64,000 nt of DNA. It comes from Methanocaldococcus sp. 28A. GTDB lineage: Archaea; AGJL01; Methanococci; Methanococcales; Methanocaldococcaceae. The translations under genes and the position numbers were made by a program. The notes under the pieces were generated by a model. That model was not told the origin of the DNA. It saw only the letters and a list, made by a program, of their open reading frames with translations, and made no database searches. Positions within the stretch are counted from its first letter, which is position 1. Each line of letters starts with the position of its first letter. Location of the stretch: NCBI GenBank assembly GCA_049852185.1, contig CP187540.1; one strand, given 5' to 3'. Below, piece by piece: positions 55,240 through 64,000 of the stretch.

Positions 55240-56367
55240 ATGATAAGCAATAGATGTAAGAATATAAAACCATCAGCAATTAGAGAAGTATTTAATTTAG
55301 CAACCTCTGACTGTATAAATTTGGGAATTGGTGAGCCAGATTTTGATACTCCAAAACATATTATTGAGGAAGCAAAAAAAGCATTAGATGAAGGAAAAAC
55401 TCACTACTCTCCAAATAATGGAATTCCAGAGCTTAGAGAAGAGATAAGTAACAAATTAAAGAAAGATTATAATTTAGATATTAATAAGGACAATATTATT
55501 GTAACCTGTGGAGCTTCAGAGGCGTTAATGCTTTCCATTATGACTTTGGTTGATAGAGGGGATGAGGTTTTAATCCCTAATCCATCTTTTGTGTCTTACT
55601 TTTCATTAACAGAGTTCGCTGAAGGGAAGATTAAGAGTATAAATTTAGATGATAATTTTGATATTGATTTAGAGCAAGTTAAGGAATCAATAACCAAAAA
55701 AACAAAATTAATAATCTTTAACTCTCCAGCAAACCCTACTGGAAAAGTTTATGATAAAGAAACTATTAAAGGATTGGCTGAGATAGCTGAAGATTACAAT
55801 TTAATTATTGTTTCAGATGAAGTTTATGATAAAATTATTTATGAGAAAAAACATTTCTCACCAATGCAATTTACTGATAGATGTATATTAATTAATGGAT
55901 TTTCTAAAACCTATGCTATGACTGGCTGGAGAATTGGTTATTTGGCTGTTTCTGATTCACTAAATAAGGAGTTGGATTTAATCAACAATATGATAAAAAT
56001 ACACCAATACAGCTTTGCCTGTGCTACAACTTTTGCTCAATATGGTGCTTTATCTGCCTTAAGAGGTAGTCAAAGATGTGTTGAAGAGATGGTTAATGAT
56101 TTTAGAAAAAGGAGAGATTTAATTTATAAGGGGTTGAAGGATATTTTTAAAGTTAATAAACCTGATGGAGCTTTCTACATATTCCCAAATGTGTCTGAGT
56201 ATGGTGATGGAGTAGAGGTTGCTAAAAAGTTAATTGAAAATAAAGTTCTATGTGTTCCAGGAATTGCGTTTGGTGAAAATGGAGCTAACTACATTAGGTT
56301 TAGTTATGCTACAAAATATGATGATATCGAAAAAGCTATTGAGATAATAAAAAAGATTTTTATTTAA
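55240..56367 (+). CDS. Class I/II PLP-dependent (aspartate-type) aminotransferase
   Basis: GEPDF, NSPANPTG, DEVY, FSKTYAMTGWRIG. Confidence 0.92.
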   Translation: MISNRCKNIKPSAIREVFNLATSDCINLGIGEPDFDTPKHIIEEAKKALDEGKTHYSPNNGIPELREEISNKLKKDYNLDINKDNIIVTCGASEALMLSIMTLVDRGDEVLIPNPSFVSYFSLTEFAEGKIKSINLDDNFDIDLEQVKESITKKTKLIIFNSPANPTGKVYDKETIKGLAEIAEDYNLIIVSDEVYDKIIYEKKHFSPMQFTDRCILINGFSKTYAMTGWRIGYLAVSDSLNKELDLINNMIKIHQYSFACATTFAQYGALSALRGSQRCVEEMVNDFRKRRDLIYKGLKDIFKVNKPDGAFYIFPNVSEYGDGVEVAKKLIENKVLCVPGIAFGENGANYIRFSYATKYDDIEKAIEIIKKIFI

Positions 56368-56411
56368 ATCTGAATAAGATTAAGATTTTTAGCATAATAC
56401 TTTACATGAAT

Positions 56412-57884
56412 TTATGCTGTTTGATGTTTCTCTTTCCACTCCTTTAATATCCTATCCCAGTTTTTCCTTAAGAAATCTCCAACTTGAGAAGAATCTCTTG
56501 TTCCAATAATACAAGTCCATCCAGTTTTATCCTCAATATCTCCTCTTGTTGATGCTGCTAATGCTGGTAAAATTATTATTCTGTGGCTAACTTTATCAGC
56601 AATTCCTGTCTCTTCAATTAGTTTCTTAGCGTTCTCTCCATTATATTGCCCTCCTGCAACTGAAACATCAACAGCCTTTCCTCCAGTATCCATTACTAAT
56701 AACCAACAAGTGACATTGTCTTTTTCAAAATCTCCTGTAACTGTGTAGAATGTTAATGAGAAGTTTGTTGTTAATATAACTGGGCTATTTTCATCTGGAT
56801 TGCCAATTGGATATAAGCCAGGTTCAACTGCCTGTGGTTTTCTTGGGTCTGTGTAAATACATTGTCTCAATGTTAATACTGGCATTAATTCCCAAATATC
56901 CATTCCATGCATAATTAAGGCATCAGCATATCTATTCATTAATGTAGCTGCAATAGTAGCTTCAAACATCTTAGCAACAACCTCTTTATCATCAAAGAAT
57001 CCAGACATTGGGCAGTCATTATTTAAAGCGTAATAGTAGGCGTTAATTGGTAAATTCAATATTGGAAATCCTAAGTATTTATCTTCTTTCTCAATAGCAC
57101 TTCTTCTAATCATTACATTTAAATCTAATGTTTCAGCAATATTTTCAGGATATGTATGAGGCTCCAAAACCAAATCCTCAATACCATTAGCTAAGCACTT
57201 TGCAGCCATGTTTTTTAAATCTTTAACGTTATTTGATGATAAAACCAAAACTATATCCTTTTCTTTTTTAAGCTCTTTAATAACTTTTATAAAATCATTC
57301 AGAGTATCTTTTGTTGCAGCATAAATCATAGGTTTTGATTTAACTACCTTTAAAGCTTCTTTTATAACCTCTGGATTTAATGAGGCAATACAAATAGGCA
57401 TTTTTGTTTCTTTTTCCACAATCTCTATAGCTTTTTTGAATTTCTCAACATCTCCAGATGCATTTCTTATAACAATAAAGTCTAATTTTAATTGTTCTCC
57501 AGTTCTTTCAAATACAAAATTCTCTATTTCCTTAGCTTTATTCTTAATTTCCTCTTCACTTAACTCATCACTAATATCAATACCAATTGGTGTAGGGTTG
57601 AAGAATGACAATTGATATCTATACATTACTTCATCTCCACCCATAACAGCTTTTTTCTCATTATTTCCAAACCACACTTCCTTTACAGGTGGAGATATAA
57701 GCTCTATAATCTTTTTTCTATTTTTTTCAAACTTTGGAGTATTTAGAATAGGACATTGGTCAACACTTGCCTCTTTTTCTAACAATTTTGTAGCAAATGC
57801 CATACATGATGGTTGCCCACATTTTTTACAGTTTGTTTTTGGTAATAATTTATAAATATCCATTGCACTAACTTTTTTTGGCAT
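56412..57884 (-). CDS. cdhE: Acetyl-CoA decarbonylase/synthase gamma subunit
   Basis: LPKTNCKKCG..SCMAFA, IYTDPRKP, TTNFSLT. Confidence 0.95.
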   Translation of the reverse strand: MPKKVSAMDIYKLLPKTNCKKCGQPSCMAFATKLLEKEASVDQCPILNTPKFEKNRKKIIELISPPVKEVWFGNNEKKAVMGGDEVMYRYQLSFFNPTPIGIDISDELSEEEIKNKAKEIENFVFERTGEQLKLDFIVIRNASGDVEKFKKAIEIVEKETKMPICIASLNPEVIKEALKVVKSKPMIYAATKDTLNDFIKVIKELKKEKDIVLVLSSNNVKDLKNMAAKCLANGIEDLVLEPHTYPENIAETLDLNVMIRRSAIEKEDKYLGFPILNLPINAYYYALNNDCPMSGFFDDKEVVAKMFEATIAATLMNRYADALIMHGMDIWELMPVLTLRQCIYTDPRKPQAVEPGLYPIGNPDENSPVILTTNFSLTFYTVTGDFEKDNVTCWLLVMDTGGKAVDVSVAGGQYNGENAKKLIEETGIADKVSHRIIILPALAASTRGDIEDKTGWTCIIGTRDSSQVGDFLRKNWDRILKEWKEKHQTA

Positions 57885-57922
57885 TTAATCACCTCAGAAT
57901 TAAATATTTTAAAATTACAATT

Positions 57923-59113
57923 TTATGATTTTGCTGTAATCCACTCATAATTGTTGGTATTTAATTTAACCTCTCCCGGCTTAGTAATTAGTGTTTTTCC
58001 AATCTCTTTTAATGTTTTTACAGCAATTGGGTTAAGCATCATGAATAAATCAACTCCACACATCATCATTGTGATTCCAGTAGTTATTTCCCATAATGGC
58101 AATCTATACTCTCTTGGTCCCCACTCTTTGTTAGCCATCCATGCTTCTCTTGCTCCATTAGCGTTTGTTGTTCCAGAGGACATTGGCATATTAACTAACT
58201 CATCCCCTTTTAACCCATTCAATCTTAGTCTTGTCATTGCATTGATTGAGAACTCAATTCCATATCCTAAAGCACATGTTGTAGGGTCCATAACTATTCT
58301 ATTTGGGTCTAAGCCAGCTTCAATTAACTTTCTGTTTAAATCTCTCGCCATGTTTGGGTCCATAATACTCCATGCCAATACATTATGGTCATATTTCATA
58401 GCCGCATCAACTATCTTTTTATAATCCAATTCTAAGTTTGCTGAAGCTAATAAACATCTATCTCCTTCTGTAACTTCAGCACACGCTTCTAAAACTAACG
58501 GGTCTTTTTGAGGGTTTCCACTACCTCCAATAACAAATGGAACATCAACAGCTTGTAATAAATCTTCCATTAATTTTGCTGCCTCTTTAGGACTTTTATC
58601 TTTAATTTTTGGGTCTGTTGAGATATGGTGGATTGTTATCATATCTGCTCCAAATTCTTTAACACACTTCTTTGCCCATTCGCAAGGGTCTTCCATAACA
58701 TCTTGGAAAAATTCTCTAATTGGTTTTGGCAATCCAGGCATTGGTATATCAAAAATATCAAATGTAACAACTGGTGGATTTGGTTGTGGTTCTTCAAATC
58801 TATATAAAGCTTTTTGCCCACCAATTTTTACAACAACACCTCTCCCTCCTTCTGATTTTGGTTTTCCAAATTGAACTTCTCTAATATAACCAGGGTATCT
58901 TTCAACTGGTGGTTGCCAATCTAATTCTGGGACATCTTTAATTTCGATTATTCCCTCATCAGCTAATTTTTCTTTTATTGATGGTGTTTGAGGAATAACT
59001 ACTGGAGGGGCCGATGGAATGTTTATTATTAGCTCGTCGGTAGTAATTATTATATTTTCAATCTCTATCTTTCCAACTTTTTCAATAATTTTTATCAAAG
59101 TATTTAAATCCAT
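57923..59113 (-). CDS. cdhD: Acetyl-CoA decarbonylase/synthase delta subunit
   Basis: GGSGNPQKD, MDPTTCALGYGIE, AREAW. Confidence 0.95.
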   Translation of the reverse strand: MDLNTLIKIIEKVGKIEIENIIITTDELIINIPSAPPVVIPQTPSIKEKLADEGIIEIKDVPELDWQPPVERYPGYIREVQFGKPKSEGGRGVVVKIGGQKALYRFEEPQPNPPVVTFDIFDIPMPGLPKPIREFFQDVMEDPCEWAKKCVKEFGADMITIHHISTDPKIKDKSPKEAAKLMEDLLQAVDVPFVIGGSGNPQKDPLVLEACAEVTEGDRCLLASANLELDYKKIVDAAMKYDHNVLAWSIMDPNMARDLNRKLIEAGLDPNRIVMDPTTCALGYGIEFSINAMTRLRLNGLKGDELVNMPMSSGTTNANGAREAWMANKEWGPREYRLPLWEITTGITMMMCGVDLFMMLNPIAVKTLKEIGKTLITKPGEVKLNTNNYEWITAKS

Positions 59114-59298
59114 ATAATCACCTAATCTGTCATTATAAATCATTATAGATTAGATTGATACTCTATTAAATTTAATATATAAACGTTATTATTTCAGTTT
59201 TTTAAAGGAAAATTTTAAAAAAATACAAGAATATTTTACTTTCTTTAGCTATTAATTTAGTTAATATGTATATCATATCTTTACGTGAATAACCTTTA

Positions 59299-59356
59299 AA
59301 TAGGACTTTTGCAGTTATAAATAATAACAATGAACTTTGAAGCCTTTGGTATCAAT
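59299..59356. repeat. Palindromic repeat family B, partial
   Basis: AATAGGACTTTTGCAG...AACAATGAACTTTGAAGC, similar to the reverse complement of about 60996-61041. Confidence 0.6.
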
Positions 59357-59394
59357 ATTTTCCTTGATTGAATCTTCAAAATGCCTATTAATGT

Positions 59395-59486
59395 GGCGCG
59401 GGGTACCGGGCTTGGTAGCCCGGGGCGGACTTCAGATCCGTCGAGGGCGAATGCCCTCGGGGTTCGATTCCCCCCCTGCGCCGCCA
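59395..59486 (+). tRNA. selC: tRNA-Sec(TCA)
   Basis: 9-bp acceptor (GGCGCGGGG/CCCTGCGCC), 4-bp T stem, long D stem, anticodon loop CTTCAGA, long variable arm, G discriminator plus CCA. Confidence 0.96.
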
Positions 59487-59505
59487 ATACTTTTTTTGTG
59501 AGATT

Positions 59506-60414
59506 ATGGAAAAAGTATATTCAAAATTTGGGAGAGTTGATGATTTAAAAGAAATTATTTCTGGATTAGCTAATTTTACAGGAATTATTAGAATAGATAA
59601 CGCCCTCTTATATTATATAAACTCAAAGCTAATCTCATCAAAGCTAAATGGTAGAGAAAAAAGTTTAGAAGAGATATTTTCACAAATTCCTGATGAATTT
59701 TTAATAGAGATTTATGTTGGAGACGAGAAGGAAATAAAATATGCTTTAAAAAATTTTAAACCAGATGAATCTATTGTAGAGGTTTCAAAATTAAGTTTGG
59801 TTTTTGATAACTCATTTATTCTAAATTCTTATAATGATATATATAAATATATAACTTCTATTGATAAAGTTGTTTTTATACCAAAAAGATTTAAAAACGA
59901 AAAAGCAGTAGTTATTTATAAAAATAAAAGAGAGATTTTTGCAGTATATTTTGGAAAGAAAATATTGTTTGGAAAAAAAGCTATTAGTAAATTAAAAACT
60001 ACATTTGCTGTTAGTGAGATGATTGCAAAAATTGAAAAAATCTCTAACGAAGAATTGAACTCGTTAAAGAGGAAATATCCTGAAGGTGTTTTGTTATTTG
60101 GAGAATCTCTTAATGATGTGATTAAAAAAATAACGTCATCAAAAGAGGCAATTATTTTAGAAAATACATCATTAATGGATGCCTTATCTAATGGAACATG
60201 TTTAATTAGAATTGAGGGTAGTGAAGAAGGATATATAATTGCTAAAGAAGGAAAGCCAACATATGCATTTTTAAAAGATTTTGATGGAGAAAAAAGTTAT
60301 AGATTACTAAAAAGTATGTGTATAGTTGAGGATGTTAAATATTATATTTATAAGTTATCAAAAGAAGAATATGATATGTTTAAAGCATTTCAAGAAAATA
60401 GGATTACATTTTAA
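59506..60414 (+). CDS. Uncharacterized Methanococcales protein (DUF2226-like)
   Basis: FTGIIRI motif; repeated G..(A/S)...L units. Confidence 0.6.
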   Translation: MEKVYSKFGRVDDLKEIISGLANFTGIIRIDNALLYYINSKLISSKLNGREKSLEEIFSQIPDEFLIEIYVGDEKEIKYALKNFKPDESIVEVSKLSLVFDNSFILNSYNDIYKYITSIDKVVFIPKRFKNEKAVVIYKNKREIFAVYFGKKILFGKKAISKLKTTFAVSEMIAKIEKISNEELNSLKRKYPEGVLLFGESLNDVIKKITSSKEAIILENTSLMDALSNGTCLIRIEGSEEGYIIAKEGKPTYAFLKDFDGEKSYRLLKSMCIVEDVKYYIYKLSKEEYDMFKAFQENRITF

Positions 60415-60878
60415 TCTTTGTCTATCATCTTTATAGCCATTTCATAAGCTTTCTTTAAATCTCCAGTTTCTAAGATACATTTTTCAGCAATGTCTTTTGG
60501 AATACCTTTTTTTACAAAAACATCTACTGCCTCTTTAAAGAACTGACTATTTTTTATAATTTCATTGGCAAGCTCTTTTTTTAGTTCCATATATTCATCT
60601 GGGGTTATATTATTTTTAGCAAGTTCATAATCTCTATAAGGACAGGGCTTTGTTATTTTGCAACACCACACTAAACTACCAAAGCAGGTATTTTTCCCTA
60701 ATCCAAGCTTTGTTCTTTTTCCAAACTCTTCTTTTATTTTTATAAACTCTTCTGGAGTCATTTTTAATATAGCCAATGCTTTATGAATAGGACAGTATTT
60801 TATTGGGGGACAGCAAAAAGCTAATCCTCTCAAATCTCCTCCTCTACAAATATGAGATGGAGCATTATTCCAACCCAT
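60411..60878 (-). CDS. Methanogenesis marker 9 domain protein
   Basis: [33 protein letters not shown]. Confidence 0.85.
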   Translation of the reverse strand: MGWNNAPSHICRGGDLRGLAFCCPPIKYCPIHKALAILKMTPEEFIKIKEEFGKRTKLGLGKNTCFGSLVWCCKITKPCPYRDYELAKNNITPDEYMELKKELANEIIKNSQFFKEAVDVFVKKGIPKDIAEKCILETGDLKKAYEMAIKMIDKD

Positions 60879-60944
60879 AATTTCACCATAAGATTTTGTT
60901 TAATTCTTTAAAAAAGTTTCTGTAATAATTTTTGAGTAGATACT

Positions 60945-61041
60945 TTAGGACTTTTACAATTTTTTATATTTTATTATTGGTATCAATAATGCTAAAAGCT
61001 TCAAAGTTCATTGTTATATATATCTCTGCGAAAGTCCTATT
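60945..61041. repeat. Palindromic repeat family B, both ends
   Basis: TAGGACTTTTACA...TGCGAAAGTCCTA. Confidence 0.65.
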
Positions 61042-61067
61042 AAAACAAAAAAAGATTGTATAAGATA

Positions 61068-62153
61068 TTATGAGATAATCTTGTCAATCATATCCAACTG
61101 CAAAGCCATTTTTATCTCTCTTGCTATTCTCTGCCCCATACTCAATGGCTCTCCATTGTATAAGAAAGAGTATGGGCTACCATTCATAAAGCTGTTTGTT
61201 CCTCCATCAGTTCTTGCACTCATCTCAAAGACAACTAATTCAAGATTTTCATTGCACAAGCTTTGTAAGCAGAATGGTCCAATCATTCCTGGTGGGACAA
61301 GCTCTTTAGCCTTAGCAACTAACTTATCTCCCATTTCAAAAACTTGTGGTAATAAACTCTCTCTAATAACAACTGGAATATTTCCAGTAATAACATAACT
61401 TGGATTTATTTCCATTTCTAATTGGTCTTTTGCTGGAATTCTAACTAAACCATCTATATTACTTTCATATCTCTTATCCATTCCTAATAACTCAACTTCA
61501 TCTTTTAGTGGAGAGTAGAAGTAATGAATGCAAAAGTTAGTTCCTACAACATACTCTTCTATATGTGCATTTGCAATATCTTCATCAGTTAATATTCCCC
61601 TCTTTTTTAATTCTTCAGCCTTTTTGTAAAATTCTTCTGTTGATGAAGCTATAAAGTAACCTCTCCCACCTCTTGCTCCTGGGAATTTAACTATAACAGT
61701 TCCATCAATATCTTCTGGACTTTCATACTTTTTAGGAACTCTTATTCCTGCTTCTCTTAACAATTTTCCTTCTAAGCTTCTCTCTGATTCCCATCTTAAT
61801 ATTCTTCTGTTTCCAAACATTGGAACTAAAAAATTATTTTCTACATTGTTTAAACCACAGTAAGCTATAAAAGAGCCGTGAGGAACAACTATAGCGTTTA
61901 ACTCTCTTAACTTCTCCTGAATCTCTTCATTTTTTATATCAGAGAAATTATCGACATATATAAATTTATCAGCAACTTTAAACCTCTTGTATGGAACATC
62001 TCTTCCTTTCATAGTTATACATACAGTAGAAAAGCCCTCTAACTTAGCTCCTTTTAAAATATGCAAAGAGGTATGGCTTCCTAATGTTGCAATTGTTATC
62101 TCATCTTTGTTGTATTTATCAAAAATCTCTAAAATCTCATCCTTTGAAATCAT
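61068..62153 (-). CDS. purP: FAICAR synthetase (formate ligase)
   Basis: TLGSHTSL, GARGGRGY, GPFCLQ, EMSAR..GGTN. Confidence 0.95.
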   Translation of the reverse strand: MISKDEILEIFDKYNKDEITIATLGSHTSLHILKGAKLEGFSTVCITMKGRDVPYKRFKVADKFIYVDNFSDIKNEEIQEKLRELNAIVVPHGSFIAYCGLNNVENNFLVPMFGNRRILRWESERSLEGKLLREAGIRVPKKYESPEDIDGTVIVKFPGARGGRGYFIASSTEEFYKKAEELKKRGILTDEDIANAHIEEYVVGTNFCIHYFYSPLKDEVELLGMDKRYESNIDGLVRIPAKDQLEMEINPSYVITGNIPVVIRESLLPQVFEMGDKLVAKAKELVPPGMIGPFCLQSLCNENLELVVFEMSARTDGGTNSFMNGSPYSFLYNGEPLSMGQRIAREIKMALQLDMIDKIIS

Positions 62154-62277
62154 TTATTTCACCTAAATATAAGGTTTTTTGTAGTATCTTTAATATTTAA
62201 AATATAAAATGCTTACTGCTTAAACCAAGTAGAAATTAATAAATAAATATAAACTTATGAGGAGTTGAGGGATAATT

Positions 62278-62970
62278 ATGATTATTATTGGTATTGATGA
62301 AGCTGGAAGAGGACCTGTTTTGGGTCCAATGGTTGTTTGTGCTTATGCTATTAAAAAAGATAAAGAAGAGGAGTTAAAAAAATTGGGAGTTAAAGATAGT
62401 AAGGAGCTAACTAAAAATAAAAGAGCTTATTTAAAAAAATTGCTTGAAAATTTGGGATGTGTGGAGAAATTAATTTTAGAGGCAGAGAAAATAAATGAGC
62501 TAATGAACTCTATCAACTTAAACGAGATTGAAATTAATGCTTTTTCTGAAGTTGCTAAAAATATAATAGAAAAGTTAGATATAAAAGATGAAGAAGTTGA
62601 GATTTATTTAGATGCATGTAGCACAAATGCTAAAAAATTTGAAGATAAATTTAAAGAAAAAATAGGAGATATAATTAAAGAAAGAAATTTAAAAGTAAAA
62701 ATTATAGCTGAACATAAGGCAGATGCTAAATATCTTGTAGTTTCAGCCGCTTCAATAATAGCAAAGGCAGAGAGAGATGAGATAATAGATAACTACAAAA
62801 AAATTTATGGAGATATAGGAAGTGGCTACCCCTCAGACCCAAAGACCATAAAATTCCTCGAAGATTACTTTAAAAAACATAAAAAACTTCCTGATATTGC
62901 AAGAACTCATTGGAAAACCTGTCAAAGAATTTTAAACAAATTAAAACAGACAAAATTAGTAATAGAGTGA
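62278..62970 (+). CDS. rnhB: Ribonuclease HII
   Basis: GIDEAGRGP, DSK, SAASIIAK, GSGYPSDP. Confidence 0.96.
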   Translation: MIIIGIDEAGRGPVLGPMVVCAYAIKKDKEEELKKLGVKDSKELTKNKRAYLKKLLENLGCVEKLILEAEKINELMNSINLNEIEINAFSEVAKNIIEKLDIKDEEVEIYLDACSTNAKKFEDKFKEKIGDIIKERNLKVKIIAEHKADAKYLVVSAASIIAKAERDEIIDNYKKIYGDIGSGYPSDPKTIKFLEDYFKKHKKLPDIARTHWKTCQRILNKLKQTKLVIE

Positions 62971-62975
62971 TTATC

Positions 62976-63812
62976 ATGTTTGCTTATAAATTATTGGTGG
63001 ATGAAAGAGGAAAGAGATATTTATTAAAAAAGAATGTTGAGAAGTTTGGAACAGATTTAGGAATTGTAGATATGAAAGGAGTTGAGGAAGGTGTTGAATT
63101 AAAATCTCATAAAGGGTATAGATTTTATTTAGTAGAGCCAACAATGTTTGATATCTTAAAGAGAATGAAGAGGACAGTAACTACTTTATTACCAAAAGAT
63201 ATTGGGTTCATTATAGCAAGAGCTGGAATTAGAGAGGGAGAAACAGTCGTTGAGGCAGGAACTGGTTCGGGAGCTTTAACTATGTATCTATCAAATGCTG
63301 TTGGTAAAACAGGAAAAGTTATTACTTATGATATAAGACCAGAATTTGCCAAAGTTGCAAGAAAGAATTTGTTGCGAGTAGGAGCCATTAGAAAAGGGCA
63401 AAAAATTATAGGTTTAGATGAAGAGTTTGATGATGAAGATGAAATTGATGTTGAAGAAGGACTTTTCAATGTTATCCAAAAAATTGGTGATGTTAGAGAG
63501 AAGATAGATGAGAAAGATGTAGATGTAATTGTTTTAGATTTGCCAGACCCTTGGAATGTTGTAGAGAATGCAAAAAAGGCATTGAATAAAAAAAGAGGAA
63601 GGATAGTTACTTATCTTCCATATATAGAGCAGGTTAAAAAGACAGTAGAGAAGCTCAAAGAGGAAGGATTTTGGGATATATACACTTATGAAATAATTGA
63701 GAGAGAAATTGAGATTTCTGAAAAAGGTGTTAGACCTTCAACAAGGATGATTGGACATACAGGTTATATAACTGTTGCGAGAGTTCCTCCTAAATTAGTT
63801 GATGAAGAATAA
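62976..63812 (+). CDS. trmI: tRNA (adenine-N1)-methyltransferase
   Basis: EAGTGSG, LDLPDPW, GHTGY. Confidence 0.93.
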   Translation: MFAYKLLVDERGKRYLLKKNVEKFGTDLGIVDMKGVEEGVELKSHKGYRFYLVEPTMFDILKRMKRTVTTLLPKDIGFIIARAGIREGETVVEAGTGSGALTMYLSNAVGKTGKVITYDIRPEFAKVARKNLLRVGAIRKGQKIIGLDEEFDDEDEIDVEEGLFNVIQKIGDVREKIDEKDVDVIVLDLPDPWNVVENAKKALNKKRGRIVTYLPYIEQVKKTVEKLKEEGFWDIYTYEIIEREIEISEKGVRPSTRMIGHTGYITVARVPPKLVDEE

Positions 63813-63816
63813 AAGA

Positions 63817-63995
63817 GACACTACCGAGCATAAACGAGGTAGTGCATCGGGTATCCTAAACCATAGCTCTAGCACCTTATTGGTATATCCAAAATTTACC
63901 ATTTATTGTCGCTAAGAAAGCACCGCCCTTTAGGGCGGTGATAAATTCAGATGAAATCTTTCAGATTTCATTACTCTCCTTGCGAAGCAAGGAGA
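63817..63995. repeat. Hairpin repeat family C copy 3 plus IS605-end-like hairpins
   Basis: CACTACC...GGTAGTG-CATC; CACCGCCC-TTTA-GGGCGGTG; ATGAAATCT-TTC-AGATTTCAT; TCTCCTTGC-GAA-GCAAGGAGA. Confidence 0.55.
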
Positions 63996-64000
63996 TAGGG

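Noticed and set aside
59296-59487. 63-aa ORF
   Set aside because: Antisense to tRNA-Sec and a family B repeat.

Overview
AT-rich archaeal chromosome segment. Gene content, GGTGA ribosome-binding sites, the CRISPR repeat and tRNA-Sec point to a hyperthermophilic Methanocaldococcus-like methanogen (inference). Most of it is housekeeping: lysC, pheT, trkA, thrB, glmU/glmM, mfnB, lysA, argC, hemC, feoAB plus a DtxR-family regulator, srp54, ubiX, pyk, suhB, secD, glyA, aksF, serB, purS/C/P, selD, cdhDE, rnhB and trmI. There are four tRNAs (Arg, intron-containing Met, Leu, Sec), two cas-less CRISPR arrays with near-identical leaders, and three families of small palindromic repeats. Highlights: (1) 1-9636 looks like a cellulosome-type cohesin-dockerin system coupled to ABC uptake, with two dockerin-fused Fe/cobalamin-class binding proteins, a 4-cohesin scaffoldin ending in an S-layer domain, a membrane-anchored cohesin, another cohesin protein and two FecCD/BtuC permeases. 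(2) selD carries a perfect 22-nt inverted repeat linking the sequence 7 nt after its Sec UGA to its stop-codon region beside the 3' SECIS. (3) A low-GC pel-like islet (PelF-like GT4, a membrane protein, a decayed hydrolase) sits between probable tnpB relics. Family assignments come from motif recognition and memory; no searches were run.
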